DNA of 64,000 bases from positions 149,925-213,924 of IMG/VR virus record IMGVR_UViG_3300042519_004024. One strand, given 5' to 3'. Position numbers and translations under genes: made by a program. The notes beneath the pieces are model-generated. The model was not told the DNA's origin and did not search any database. It saw only the letters and a list, made by a program, of their open reading frames with translations. Shown here one piece after another: positions 9,219 through 19,400 of this stretch. Each line of letters opens with the position of its first letter. Position 1 is the stretch's first letter.

Positions 9219-12200
9219 TTAATTAGGATTAAGTACAAAATATTCGTAATATTCTGTAAAAACAACAACGTAATCATTATAAGTATTGATAACACCACTA
9301 CTTACATTATTAACAACTTCATTTTTAATTTCTTCTGCAGTTAGTGGTGGCGGTCCAAAAGCCACAGGAGTGTCCCAAGTAGTTAAATACAATTGTGATA
9401 ACGCTTTACCATATTGTTTATATTCATTTGTATCGGGGTTTATAGTTTTTAGTGATTCTATAAGTGGTACCATAGATTGATAGAATGATACCATAAAACT
9501 ACTAGATGTAGTATTTTCAGTAAAACTAGCAAATACTCTGGATGTTCCAGCAACATCAACACATGTTTGTTCTTTTAGGTAAGTGTCCAAACTTCCATTG
9601 TGTTTAGTCTCTGTTGATATCTCGTAAAAATTATTATTAATACTATTCAATTCTGTTGTTACCGGATCGTAAGAATTTAATGGTCTTGTTAACGCAATAC
9701 CTAAAAGTAATGTCCTTAATCTACTATCATTTGTTACTGATTTTATTATTGGTATAATTTCCTCTAAAGAGAATGGTGTTCGTTTAACTTCAACAAATGG
9801 TAATGTTGTGTATTTAGTTATTTCTCTACACTTATCTAAACCTGTTTTTGTTACCGTTATTGTTGGGTCAGTATTAACAAGTGTTTCTTTTTTTATTTCC
9901 TCATCAGTTTTTGTTTTCTTAATTTTTTCTTTATATGATTGTAGAATTTTTTGATTTACATTAATCAACAAATTATCAACATTTGGTAAACTATATTTTG
10001 GGATTCTTGTTCCTTTAAATTTAGTGGTAAATCCGTTTTCTGAAATGTTATGATCAACTTCATAAATCCAATATGGACCATAAAATAATGGTACGTGCCT
10101 TAAAACAAAATACATTGTTGGTTGTATCATAGCATTACCCATAGACTCGACCCCACAACTATAAGACCTAGATTTATAAATACTATACATCGATACTGAT
10201 TGTTGGGCAACTTTATCTCCAGACACCGAACCACCAATATCCGCAAACACTTTAAAAGACTCTGAAGTATTTTTCATTTCAGACATATCTAAATCTAAAT
10301 TTTTAAACATGTTCTGATTTTGTATACCAAAATCAACACTAAACCCAACTACTTTGTTTGTTTTAGAGTAATCCCTATTAGGGTCAGAAATTCTTAATGG
10401 GTTGTCAGGCATTCTTAAATCAAAACTATCATCATCAAATCTAATAAAAGAGTTTTCTTTTGGTTTTGGGTATTCTGAAGGATTACCCATGTAAAGACAT
10501 AAAAACTTAGGACTTGATTTTGTATAATCCACTTCTAGATATGTTCCAAACATTGAGTTGGGTATTTCAATATCTATTGGTTGTCCGTTTTTAACTGCCG
10601 ATTGTATACCATAAAAATTTATATATGCAGGCATTGGGAAAAACATAAACTGATTATCACCTAATATGTTGCTAACTAATGTCATCAAATTCATATCAGG
10701 GTTGTTTGTTGTGTCCATTCTTTTTATAACTTTATCTATGTCAACAACGTATGTATCACCAATATCACTATTAGCCCTATCCATAAATAAAAAGTCTTCA
10801 AACAAGGTTACATATTTTAAATCAGACCCTGCAATCCATTTATCATTAAACGCCTTTAATGTATTATAAAGGGTTAATTTACCAACATCTCCAGTTACGG
10901 CATTTGTTGTATTATTATTTACAGTAATATTACTTAAGTTTTTATTTAAATTTAAAAAAGTTTGGTTTAATATTTTTTCTTGTATTGATTTTTGATCAGT
11001 TAAATACTGATTTATTAATGTTGTAAACGTTTGTTTATTTAAATTAGAATCTTCTAATTTTTTCTGCGAATATAATCTTATTAATGGGTACGTCAGTATT
11101 ATATTGTCAGATGTAAATTCAATATCATTATCAATAAAAAAATCTGCAACCGTCGATTTTGGTGTTCCCGGTAATGGTATAGTTGTTTGTGGTTGGGTTA
11201 CAGGTAATTGTTGTTGTACTGTTTGTGTTTGTTGTGGTTGTGGTTGTTGTAAACAATTTGAAGTTAATATCTCATTAGTAACACAAACAACCGCAGCATT
11301 AGGTTCACCAACATAATTATCATCATCAAAATCTAACGTATATGTTTTAATCGCATTTGCAGATTGATTTTGATTAACAGGATTAAAAGTTGAGGTATTT
11401 GCAATTTTTCTTGCACAAAACTGTACTCCGTTAGGAATATTAAATTCTTCAACTTCAAGATAGTAAACTTCTCCTTCTAAATATGTTGTACCTGTACCTA
11501 CAACGTTTGAAATAACATTATTTGGTATTACAACATTGAATATTTCATTTGAATTGCAACAACTTTGAAAAGTATAATGTGTTGATGGTGGTATAGTTAC
11601 ATTTGTAGTGGATGTAGGTGGTACCACAGTTGTTGCCAAAGGTGTAGCCGTTGGCGGTGTTGATGGGAATACGGGACTTGGTTGCCCTGGATAGTCAACT
11701 CCGGCAATCGATGAAAACCCTAAATATGTTCTTAATGTATTCCAAGCATCTTGGTTTTGAGTAACACTTTGTAGTAACGTAACATTTGTACCGTCACCAG
11801 GTAATGTTCCTTTTACGTATGGTTTAAATTCGTATTTATCAAATTCAGGGACAAACTCTTTAAGATTAGAAAACGAATTAAATAACCTTCTGTCAAAATT
11901 TCCTGGATTTCCTAATTTTAAAACACAATCAAAATTTAAAAATTCTTTTAAAGATGAGGTAAATGTTAATATCTGTTTTTGTCCTAATGTTTTACCATCA
12001 ACGTCCTCGTTAACAAAAGTAATACCTGTTTTATTAACTAAAAATAAATTAAGTATTTGACTGTATAATCTTTTTTGTGCGGAATTCGCAATTTTATTAC
12101 TTGACGTATAAGATGGATCAATTATCTCGTCTTTTAAAATTAAATTTTTAGAAAGTGGCTTATAATTACAAAACCCAATAAATTGTTCTTCAAACTTATC

Positions 12201-15200
12201 AAGGATTTCCGGTGTAAAAATTGCAAATATTTCTTCAATAGAAGAATACTCGGATTGTGCGGATTTTAAATCAAAAGGCGTTTGTTCGTCAGTATTTAAT
12301 TTTATAGCCTTTAAATACTGTGTAGGTGCCGGTTTTACTATTAATGAATTATCAAAATATCCAAAATGCGATGATGCCCATAAACTTCTTACAGAACCAT
12401 TGTAAACTGATTTATTATTAAATAATTCTTTTGTTAATATGTTATTTGGATTAACAGATTCATATATTGACTGATCTATTGGGATACCCCCCATAGATGG
12501 GAACAACATCATAAATTGTTGTGTTGTTGCACTTAATTCCGCATAACTATAGTAGTTTGTTTTTTGTAAAGATCTATTTGGGTTTGATGTATCAAATCCA
12601 AAGTTTAGATAAGTGTTTGATTGATTATTTTTACCTAACCTAAAATTATTTTGATTATATATGTTTTGAAAATTAGTTGTCGTATAACCAGTTAATAAAT
12701 CTTTACCTTCAATAAAATTATAAACCGCATTAATTACTTTAGGGTAAAATCCCGTACCTATATAGTCTTTAGATTGTAATGAAGGTAATGGGAAATTTTC
12801 AGTTTTTTGTAAAAGTACAGTTTGATTGTTACCACTATAATCAGGAATTATGTATTGTAATGTGGATGCTGAAGTTGCCGGATCATACGCACCAATATAG
12901 TCAAAATTTTTCCAAACAGAATCTAAAATATCAACCCCATCATTTACAAATTTTTTATATCTATACCAAATAGAACCATATTTTAATACCCAAGCATATG
13001 GTACTTGATGTATTGATGAATATTTTTTTAGTGTGGACGCCAAATAATCTAAATCAGTATATGAACCATTATCAATAGATTTAATTTTTTCTTTTGTTGT
13101 GATTAATGGTAATGAATTTAAATATAAGTAACCTAAAGTGGTAAATGCATTATCTGTGTTTGTTTTATTATCCTCAACACCTTTAATAAGTGCATTTACA
13201 AAATATGGTGTGTTTAATAATGAAGTTGTCTGTATTTGTGTACCAACATTACCAGAATATGAATTACCGTAATTGATATAACTTTCTGTTGGGTAAAAAT
13301 CTTTTATTTTTCTATCTTGATAGAAACTCTTAAGTATTAATTGATTGTTTATTGGTGCATTTAACGTTGATACGTAAGGTTGGTTTGCGGTTTCTAAAAT
13401 CCTAAAATCACTTAAAAGAGATAACTTTTGGTATTTTTCAGTTTCATTTATTCTTGCAATAGTTTTTTTATCATCTAAATAAATAAAGGTTTTTGTTGTA
13501 TCGTTGAATTGTTCTAAACTACTAACAGTATTACCGTTAGATGTGTTACCACTAATCCAATTTATATCAGTAAAAGGGTATGTATCTAAAAAATTCATTT
13601 TAGATGATTCGGTACTCTCTAAATATTCTTTTAGATTATTTGCCAATTCTAAATCAGAAGATATTTTAATGGATCTATTAGAAATTGTATCAATACTATA
13701 TATGTCGTTAGTAGTTTTTAATAAATTATCAATATATTCTGTCTTATATTTACTTCTAATATATGTTTGCCAACTTTCACCATTCCCGTCGTTTGATATT
13801 TTTTTAAGGTATGCGATAAAACTATTATAATCAAACTTATAATTTTTTAATATTTGGTTTAGTTCTATACTATTACCTACTGAGTTTTCAATATTTTTAC
13901 TTTCAATATTACCATAAAACTTATCTATTTGTTTTTTTGATATTTCATCATTAATAAATTTAGTATAAAATGACGATAGGTATGTTCTTTCAAATAATTC
14001 ATAAAAAAATGGTATAGCCCCTAAATCTTGATACGGAGTTGTTTTAAATGGAAATTCTATAGCATTTGCCGAAACATATTTACTATAATCGGAAGGATTA
14101 TTATAAACATTAGAACTAACCGGTTTTGACGTTTCAGTAGTACCTTTTAAGTATGCCTCAACAAATCCTATTTCAGGCCATAATCTATAATCATACCCTT
14201 TTGTTTGTTGTATTACTTTAGCATCACCAGGATATTGTATAGTATAAACTTCTCTACCGTCTTTTTGTTTTTCTTTAACAAAATATAACGGCCAAGGGTA
14301 AACCACATTATCTTTATTTAATTCACCGCTAGATGTTTGCAAAGTTCTCAAGGCATCCACTGAAAAGTTTTTTTCGGGTGGTATTACCGCAAGTAGTCTT
14401 GATGGGTCATTCCTAACGTCCCACGCCGATTCGTGAACTTCTTCCATTAACCTATAAAATGCATCTGCACCTGCAAAAATAATTGCAAAAACATTCCTTA
14501 TTGTTGGTTTAAACCCTAACCCACCTTCACTTGGATTTTTTAAAGCCCTGTCCGCCAATACTTGAGATAAAATGTTTTCTATCTCTTCTTCATTAGTTTG
14601 TAGTGATTTTTCAGCATCGTCTATATCATCCAAAAAACTATTTGGTACATAAGTTGAGTCTGCAACAATTTTATCACCAAAAACAAAATAGGTTACATTA
14701 TCTTCAACCCACTCACCTTTTTCATTTAAAACCTTTTCTTTTAGTAGTTTATTTTTATCTTCATCTAATTTGAATTTTTCAAATTCCTTTATTCCATTTT
14801 CAGTAGATAAGTCTACAGGTTTGTTAAACCTATAAAAAAAAGTATTTTTTAAATCTTCATCATTATTAATCCAAGACTCAAAATCTAATTTTTTTAACAC
14901 ATCACTTTTATCTTTTATTTTTAATGGTATTTCTCTTTTACCTCCTTTACCAAAAGTTGCGTTATCGTTTAATTTTTTAATGTAATATGTTATTCTTTCA
15001 TTAATTTTTGTTTTGTAGTCTTCTTTTGTCTGATCTTGTATATCTTTTTTAAATGGATAATAAATTAATTTTTGATTTCCACTTACATAAAAACTACTTT
15101 TATCTAAAAACTTATCTAATGAATTAGTGTACACACTTTTTCTTAACCCCGCTAATGAATCTCTATAATCTTGTATATCATTTAGTTGGGTGAAGTCCCC

Positions 15201-16181
15201 CTTTTTTTCTGCGTCTTTTTGTAGTTTAGAAGTATATCCATCTACTCTTTGTTTAAATTCGTCTATTGATAATTGTGGGAAATTTTGTGGTATTAACCCT
15301 TTTCTTTTATATATCTCATAAACCTCATCTAATTTTTGTCTGCCCTTATATGTGTTTATTGTTTGTACAGTACTGTTATTATTATTCTTATAGGTTATTT
15401 CAGTGTTATACATTTTAGGTGCCGTAACAGCATATTGTAAAGGAGTATCAAATAAAAGTGCCGTAAATTTACCGACAAGTTTTAAACTTATATCATAATT
15501 TCCTGTGTTAGCATCAAATCTAGCATTAAAAGATAATAAAGACAAACGATATCTAATCGCCTTCCCGTAATAACCTTTTAATGTTAAATAAAATAAAGGG
15601 TATGGAAAATTAAAAAATGCAGAGTATATTGAATTTTCCCCCTGTTCAAATAAAGCCCTCCCTTGAATATCAGTCATTTCAATATTAACTTCAGGTACTC
15701 CAGTTCCTTTTATATTAACTCTTATTGACTTAATACCTAACATTTGGGTATCTTCGTACTTAGCGACAGAGTTTTTAAATCTAGGTTTACCGTCTATTGT
15801 TACTATTTCTTCGGTTTTTTGATTTGCACCTTTACCTAATCTTGATTCAAACCCCGTTAGTTGATCCGACCAACTCGTATCAAATGCGGTTTTACCTTTT
15901 GGCTTTAAAAAGTTAATTTTTAAATCTTCTTCACCACCAAAAACAGTCGCTATGGTGGTATTGACAACGGGAGAGTCAAAAGTCTCACCAATAGCCAATT
16001 TTGTTCTTGGTATAATAAATGTTTCTAAATTTGCATAATAAACCAAGTCTTCGTGATCTACAAGTCTTGGTGCTCGTAAATTATTTGCGTCGTAAATCTC
16101 ATTAGGGTTTACAACGATAATGTTATCATACTCAGTTTCGACGTATATTTTTTTTGTTTGTTTTAATCTCTTATCTGCCAT
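9219..16181 (-). CDS. Giant baseplate hub-like protein (gp27/gpD/VgrG-type ends with very large insertion)
   Basis: Likely start MADKRLK at 16181 (overlapping upstream stop); N-term GIKSIRVNI..PEVNIEMTD and C-term MGNAMIQPTMYF..GPYWIYEVDHNISENGFTTKFKGTR resemble gpD/gp27 barrels; follows gp53-like gene. Confidence 0.65.
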   Translation of the reverse strand: MADKRLKQTKKIYVETEYDNIIVVNPNEIYDANNLRAPRLVDHEDLVYYANLETFIIPRTKLAIGETFDSPVVNTTIATVFGGEEDLKINFLKPKGKTAFDTSWSDQLTGFESRLGKGANQKTEEIVTIDGKPRFKNSVAKYEDTQMLGIKSIRVNIKGTGVPEVNIEMTDIQGRALFEQGENSIYSAFFNFPYPLFYLTLKGYYGKAIRYRLSLLSFNARFDANTGNYDISLKLVGKFTALLFDTPLQYAVTAPKMYNTEITYKNNNNSTVQTINTYKGRQKLDEVYEIYKRKGLIPQNFPQLSIDEFKQRVDGYTSKLQKDAEKKGDFTQLNDIQDYRDSLAGLRKSVYTNSLDKFLDKSSFYVSGNQKLIYYPFKKDIQDQTKEDYKTKINERITYYIKKLNDNATFGKGGKREIPLKIKDKSDVLKKLDFESWINNDEDLKNTFFYRFNKPVDLSTENGIKEFEKFKLDEDKNKLLKEKVLNEKGEWVEDNVTYFVFGDKIVADSTYVPNSFLDDIDDAEKSLQTNEEEIENILSQVLADRALKNPSEGGLGFKPTIRNVFAIIFAGADAFYRLMEEVHESAWDVRNDPSRLLAVIPPEKNFSVDALRTLQTSSGELNKDNVVYPWPLYFVKEKQKDGREVYTIQYPGDAKVIQQTKGYDYRLWPEIGFVEAYLKGTTETSKPVSSNVYNNPSDYSKYVSANAIEFPFKTTPYQDLGAIPFFYELFERTYLSSFYTKFINDEISKKQIDKFYGNIESKNIENSVGNSIELNQILKNYKFDYNSFIAYLKKISNDGNGESWQTYIRSKYKTEYIDNLLKTTNDIYSIDTISNRSIKISSDLELANNLKEYLESTESSKMNFLDTYPFTDINWISGNTSNGNTVSSLEQFNDTTKTFIYLDDKKTIARINETEKYQKLSLLSDFRILETANQPYVSTLNAPINNQLILKSFYQDRKIKDFYPTESYINYGNSYSGNVGTQIQTTSLLNTPYFVNALIKGVEDNKTNTDNAFTTLGYLYLNSLPLITTKEKIKSIDNGSYTDLDYLASTLKKYSSIHQVPYAWVLKYGSIWYRYKKFVNDGVDILDSVWKNFDYIGAYDPATSASTLQYIIPDYSGNNQTVLLQKTENFPLPSLQSKDYIGTGFYPKVINAVYNFIEGKDLLTGYTTTNFQNIYNQNNFRLGKNNQSNTYLNFGFDTSNPNRSLQKTNYYSYAELSATTQQFMMLFPSMGGIPIDQSIYESVNPNNILTKELFNNKSVYNGSVRSLWASSHFGYFDNSLIVKPAPTQYLKAIKLNTDEQTPFDLKSAQSEYSSIEEIFAIFTPEILDKFEEQFIGFCNYKPLSKNLILKDEIIDPSYTSSNKIANSAQKRLYSQILNLFLVNKTGITFVNEDVDGKTLGQKQILTFTSSLKEFLNFDCVLKLGNPGNFDRRLFNSFSNLKEFVPEFDKYEFKPYVKGTLPGDGTNVTLLQSVTQNQDAWNTLRTYLGFSSIAGVDYPGQPSPVFPSTPPTATPLATTVVPPTSTTNVTIPPSTHYTFQSCCNSNEIFNVVIPNNVISNVVGTGTTYLEGEVYYLEVEEFNIPNGVQFCARKIANTSTFNPVNQNQSANAIKTYTLDFDDDNYVGEPNAAVVCVTNEILTSNCLQQPQPQQTQTVQQQLPVTQPQTTIPLPGTPKSTVADFFIDNDIEFTSDNIILTYPLIRLYSQKKLEDSNLNKQTFTTLINQYLTDQKSIQEKILNQTFLNLNKNLSNITVNNNTTNAVTGDVGKLTLYNTLKAFNDKWIAGSDLKYVTLFEDFLFMDRANSDIGDTYVVDIDKVIKRMDTTNNPDMNLMTLVSNILGDNQFMFFPMPAYINFYGIQSAVKNGQPIDIEIPNSMFGTYLEVDYTKSSPKFLCLYMGNPSEYPKPKENSFIRFDDDSFDLRMPDNPLRISDPNRDYSKTNKVVGFSVDFGIQNQNMFKNLDLDMSEMKNTSESFKVFADIGGSVSGDKVAQQSVSMYSIYKSRSYSCGVESMGNAMIQPTMYFVLRHVPLFYGPYWIYEVDHNISENGFTTKFKGTRIPKYSLPNVDNLLINVNQKILQSYKEKIKKTKTDEEIKKETLVNTDPTITVTKTGLDKCREITKYTTLPFVEVKRTPFSLEEIIPIIKSVTNDSRLRTLLLGIALTRPLNSYDPVTTELNSINNNFYEISTETKHNGSLDTYLKEQTCVDVAGTSRVFASFTENTTSSSFMVSFYQSMVPLIESLKTINPDTNEYKQYGKALSQLYLTTWDTPVAFGPPPLTAEEIKNEVVNNVSSGVINTYNDYVVVFTEYYEYFVLNPN

Positions 16182-16488
16182 AATAAAAAATATGTGTATC
16201 CAATGCAGATTTGTAGTCTTGCAGTGCCGCAACTAGCGGAAAAGGTATAACTAATATTGTTCCATCAGGTATATTTGTTTCCAAACCACCATAAAGCGGA
16301 TTTGCCATCATAATTAACCAACCAAAATAAGGTGCTCCGTATTTTTCATAACTTATCTTATCCAATCTACTTTGATTTTTTCTATACACATATCTTTGAT
16401 CCGAAGACCTTAGTGGTAAGTTTAAGAATGGTACTACCGTTTGTTTACCATTTATTAAAAAGTTTTGGTATCTATCGTAATATTGCAT
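16171..16488 (-). CDS. LysM-like baseplate protein (gp53/tail X-like)
   Basis: RLDKISYEKYGAPYFGWLIMMANP...IPDGTILVIP. Confidence 0.85.
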   Translation of the reverse strand: MQYYDRYQNFLINGKQTVVPFLNLPLRSSDQRYVYRKNQSRLDKISYEKYGAPYFGWLIMMANPLYGGLETNIPDGTILVIPFPLVAALQDYKSALDTHIFYYGR

Positions 16489-16490
16489 TA

Positions 16491-19400
16491 TTAATTAAAT
16501 GTTTTTTTCAAATTAAATTTATTCCATCCTGAATTTTGATCTGACCACAGTTCTTTTAAGTTGTTATCATTTGGTGGTATGATTGGACTTTGTGTTTCAT
16601 AATTAAGTATTCTAGTTTTACTTTTATTATATGGATTATATGTGTTATATTTGTTTTTATAAAAATTGTCATTAAAACTTTTAAATCTATCATCCACAAT
16701 TTTCTTTGATTTGTTATAACTATCTACTAACCCTTCGTCTTTTACATAGAACGATTCGCCAAAATAAAATTTCCAATTTTCTTTAACTTGTGTATCTTCA
16801 TTTTTTAATGCCTCGTCAACAATGCTATTACTAAACCCTTCGGCATCAATCGCAATATCTTTACCAAATAACATGAAAAATCTATTTTCGGCGGGTGATG
16901 TAAGTGAAGGGTCACTTTCAATGTATGTATTAAACACAAATTGATCGTTATACTCATCTGTAGTTCCTGAGGCTATTATTTTATCTTGATAAAGTTTATC
17001 ATAATATTCATTTAAGTCTGAACGTACTTTAAGAAAGTCTTGTACTAATTCTGAATATGTATCCGTTACACCAACACTTGATGGGTCAACCCCAGTCCCT
17101 CCGCTTAAACTATATATAACGACATCACCATTTTTAGCGATGTAACCATCATTTTTACTTGTTACAAAATTTAACTTATCTATTGTAAAAATTAATTTAA
17201 GTTCTTCGTTTGCAATAGTTGAGTTACAATTTTCAAGTAACGCTAACATGTCGTTACCTTTTTTTTCAATTAAATCTTTAATTCGTTTTTTAATTTTTCT
17301 AATGTTTGCGTCCGTAAAATTTTGGTATTGTACTTCAGGTAATAATGGACAACTCCCGTCGTCAACATCTTTTTTCGCCTTTTCTACTAACAATTTAATT
17401 TTATCTTGTATCGTATCTGTCTTACCGTAAATGTTAGCATTATTAGATGTGTTACCGGTTAAGTAATCAAATAAACCTTCAGTATATTTTCTATCTTTAG
17501 TAGACATTAAAAGTCCCCCTAATAAGAAATTGTCGTTTATTTTTTGTAAATTACTTATAACGGTATCCGCATATGATTTTGTACCATCAGCCAATGTTTT
17601 CATTATTTCTTCATATGAAATAGTACCATAAGCCTTTTGAGTATTTAAATCATAACTATTAGTTTTTATAAGCCCTATAGTATCTCCAGCATCATTTGTT
17701 CTTTGTTTATTTGGATCGTCTTGTATACCAAGTTGGTTTTTAATGTCCGCTAAAATTTCTGCATCGTACTGTGATGTAACATCTTCAGTTACATCTGCCC
17801 TTTCATCATACATTTCAGTATTTGCATAAAAATTAAATGAAAGCGCATTTTGTAATTTAGCAACAGGTCCCGCTAATCCATGTCCACCAATAAAATTAAA
17901 TGAAATACTTACATCAGCAATCATTGGTTGAACTCCAATACCTTCAGGGTTAAGGTCAAACCTACCATCTTCGTATTTTATACTTAAAGAATCAATTACT
18001 ATTTTTGTATGGAAAAAGTCACCGATTCTTAAAACACAAACAGGTGGTGCACCAAATACACTATTTGTTACATCATTATACACTAACGTAAAGTTTTCCC
18101 CATCTTTAGAAACCGTAGGTATTGTATCGCCCGGACGCATACATTGTTGTAAAAACGTTAGTCTAGAATTTAAACCTTCAGGTGTTATAGAGTGGAAAAC
18201 AGGATGAAAATGTTTTAATTTACTTTTTAACCCGTCGTATATCATAGGGTCACTTTGTTTAACTAATTCAAAATAGTTACATTCTGTTAATAATTTTCTT
18301 GCAAGTCTTTTTGTTAAATCTGATCTCACTACTGTGGTTTTTTTAACTATAGGGTCTTGTTTTTGTCTTATTGTTGTATAACCAGCGGGATCAGCTTTAA
18401 TTGTTTCACCATTAGCTGTGGTTGTTGTTTCACTTCCTGGGTTTTCTTCAGGTTCTGTAAACGTTCTACCCTCTAATGGTTGTGATTCCTCACTACTTGG
18501 TGGCGGGGTGTCTATAGTTTCTGCAGGAGGAGCTTCGTGTTTAACGTCTAAAATTCTTACTCTTCTACAAGCCATAGCATTAACCGACACAGTTCCCTCA
18601 TTACTATTACTCTTATACTCTTTATTACAATTAATAAATTTATATTTTGGATCCAAAATACTTGTAGTTTCACCTTTAGGTTCTTGTTTTACTAATAAAT
18701 TTTTATTATATTCATTTTTTAATTTTACGCCGTCGTACTCAAAATTTAAAATATATTGTAGAGCAGCATCAATTCTTCTTTTTGAAAGGGTGACGTTATA
18801 CGCATCATCAGTAACTGCAGAAGCTGAAGATAATAGTGTGAATGATATTTTACCTCCCTGTTTTATTGCAATACAAACTTGGGTTAAAAATGTTTTTATT
18901 TCTTCAAATTCAGATTTTATATAATTAAAAAATTCAGATATTGATTCATCTCTTGTGTCAATATAAGAATCTAAATATTTTTCTTTTAGCTCATCACTAC
19001 CCGATAAAATAAAATTAGTATAGTCAACATATGTTCCGTCACCATATTTTATAATTTTATCTCTAGCACCTCCAAAGTTTCTTGTTCCGTCACTACCACC
19101 TGTTGTTAAATATTTTTCTTCTAAAGCTAAATAATCTGCCAACCATTTTTCATAAGATTTTGACGCATAAATTCTAGTCGTGTTAGGATCTGGAAAGTCA
19201 TTATGGAAAAAGAATAACGGTTCTTTAAAATTATAATCCTCAACTTCCGGTGGTTCAGTAAACACTTTTCCTCCTGTACCTGTAGGTGTTGGTGTGGGTG
19301 TTGGTGATGTCGTTGGTGGTAGTGTTACCGGTGGAATAGTATCTTCATCAATAAAATTGTCTACAACCTCGTTAGGTAAATTCTCAACAACAGTCACCAC

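Noticed and set aside
16182-16232. Track start of the 2337-aa ORF (MRHCKTT...)
   Set aside because: Lies inside the gp53-like gene; MADKRLK at 16181 is the more plausible start. Likewise 32695 was moved to 32776 and 34536 to 34551
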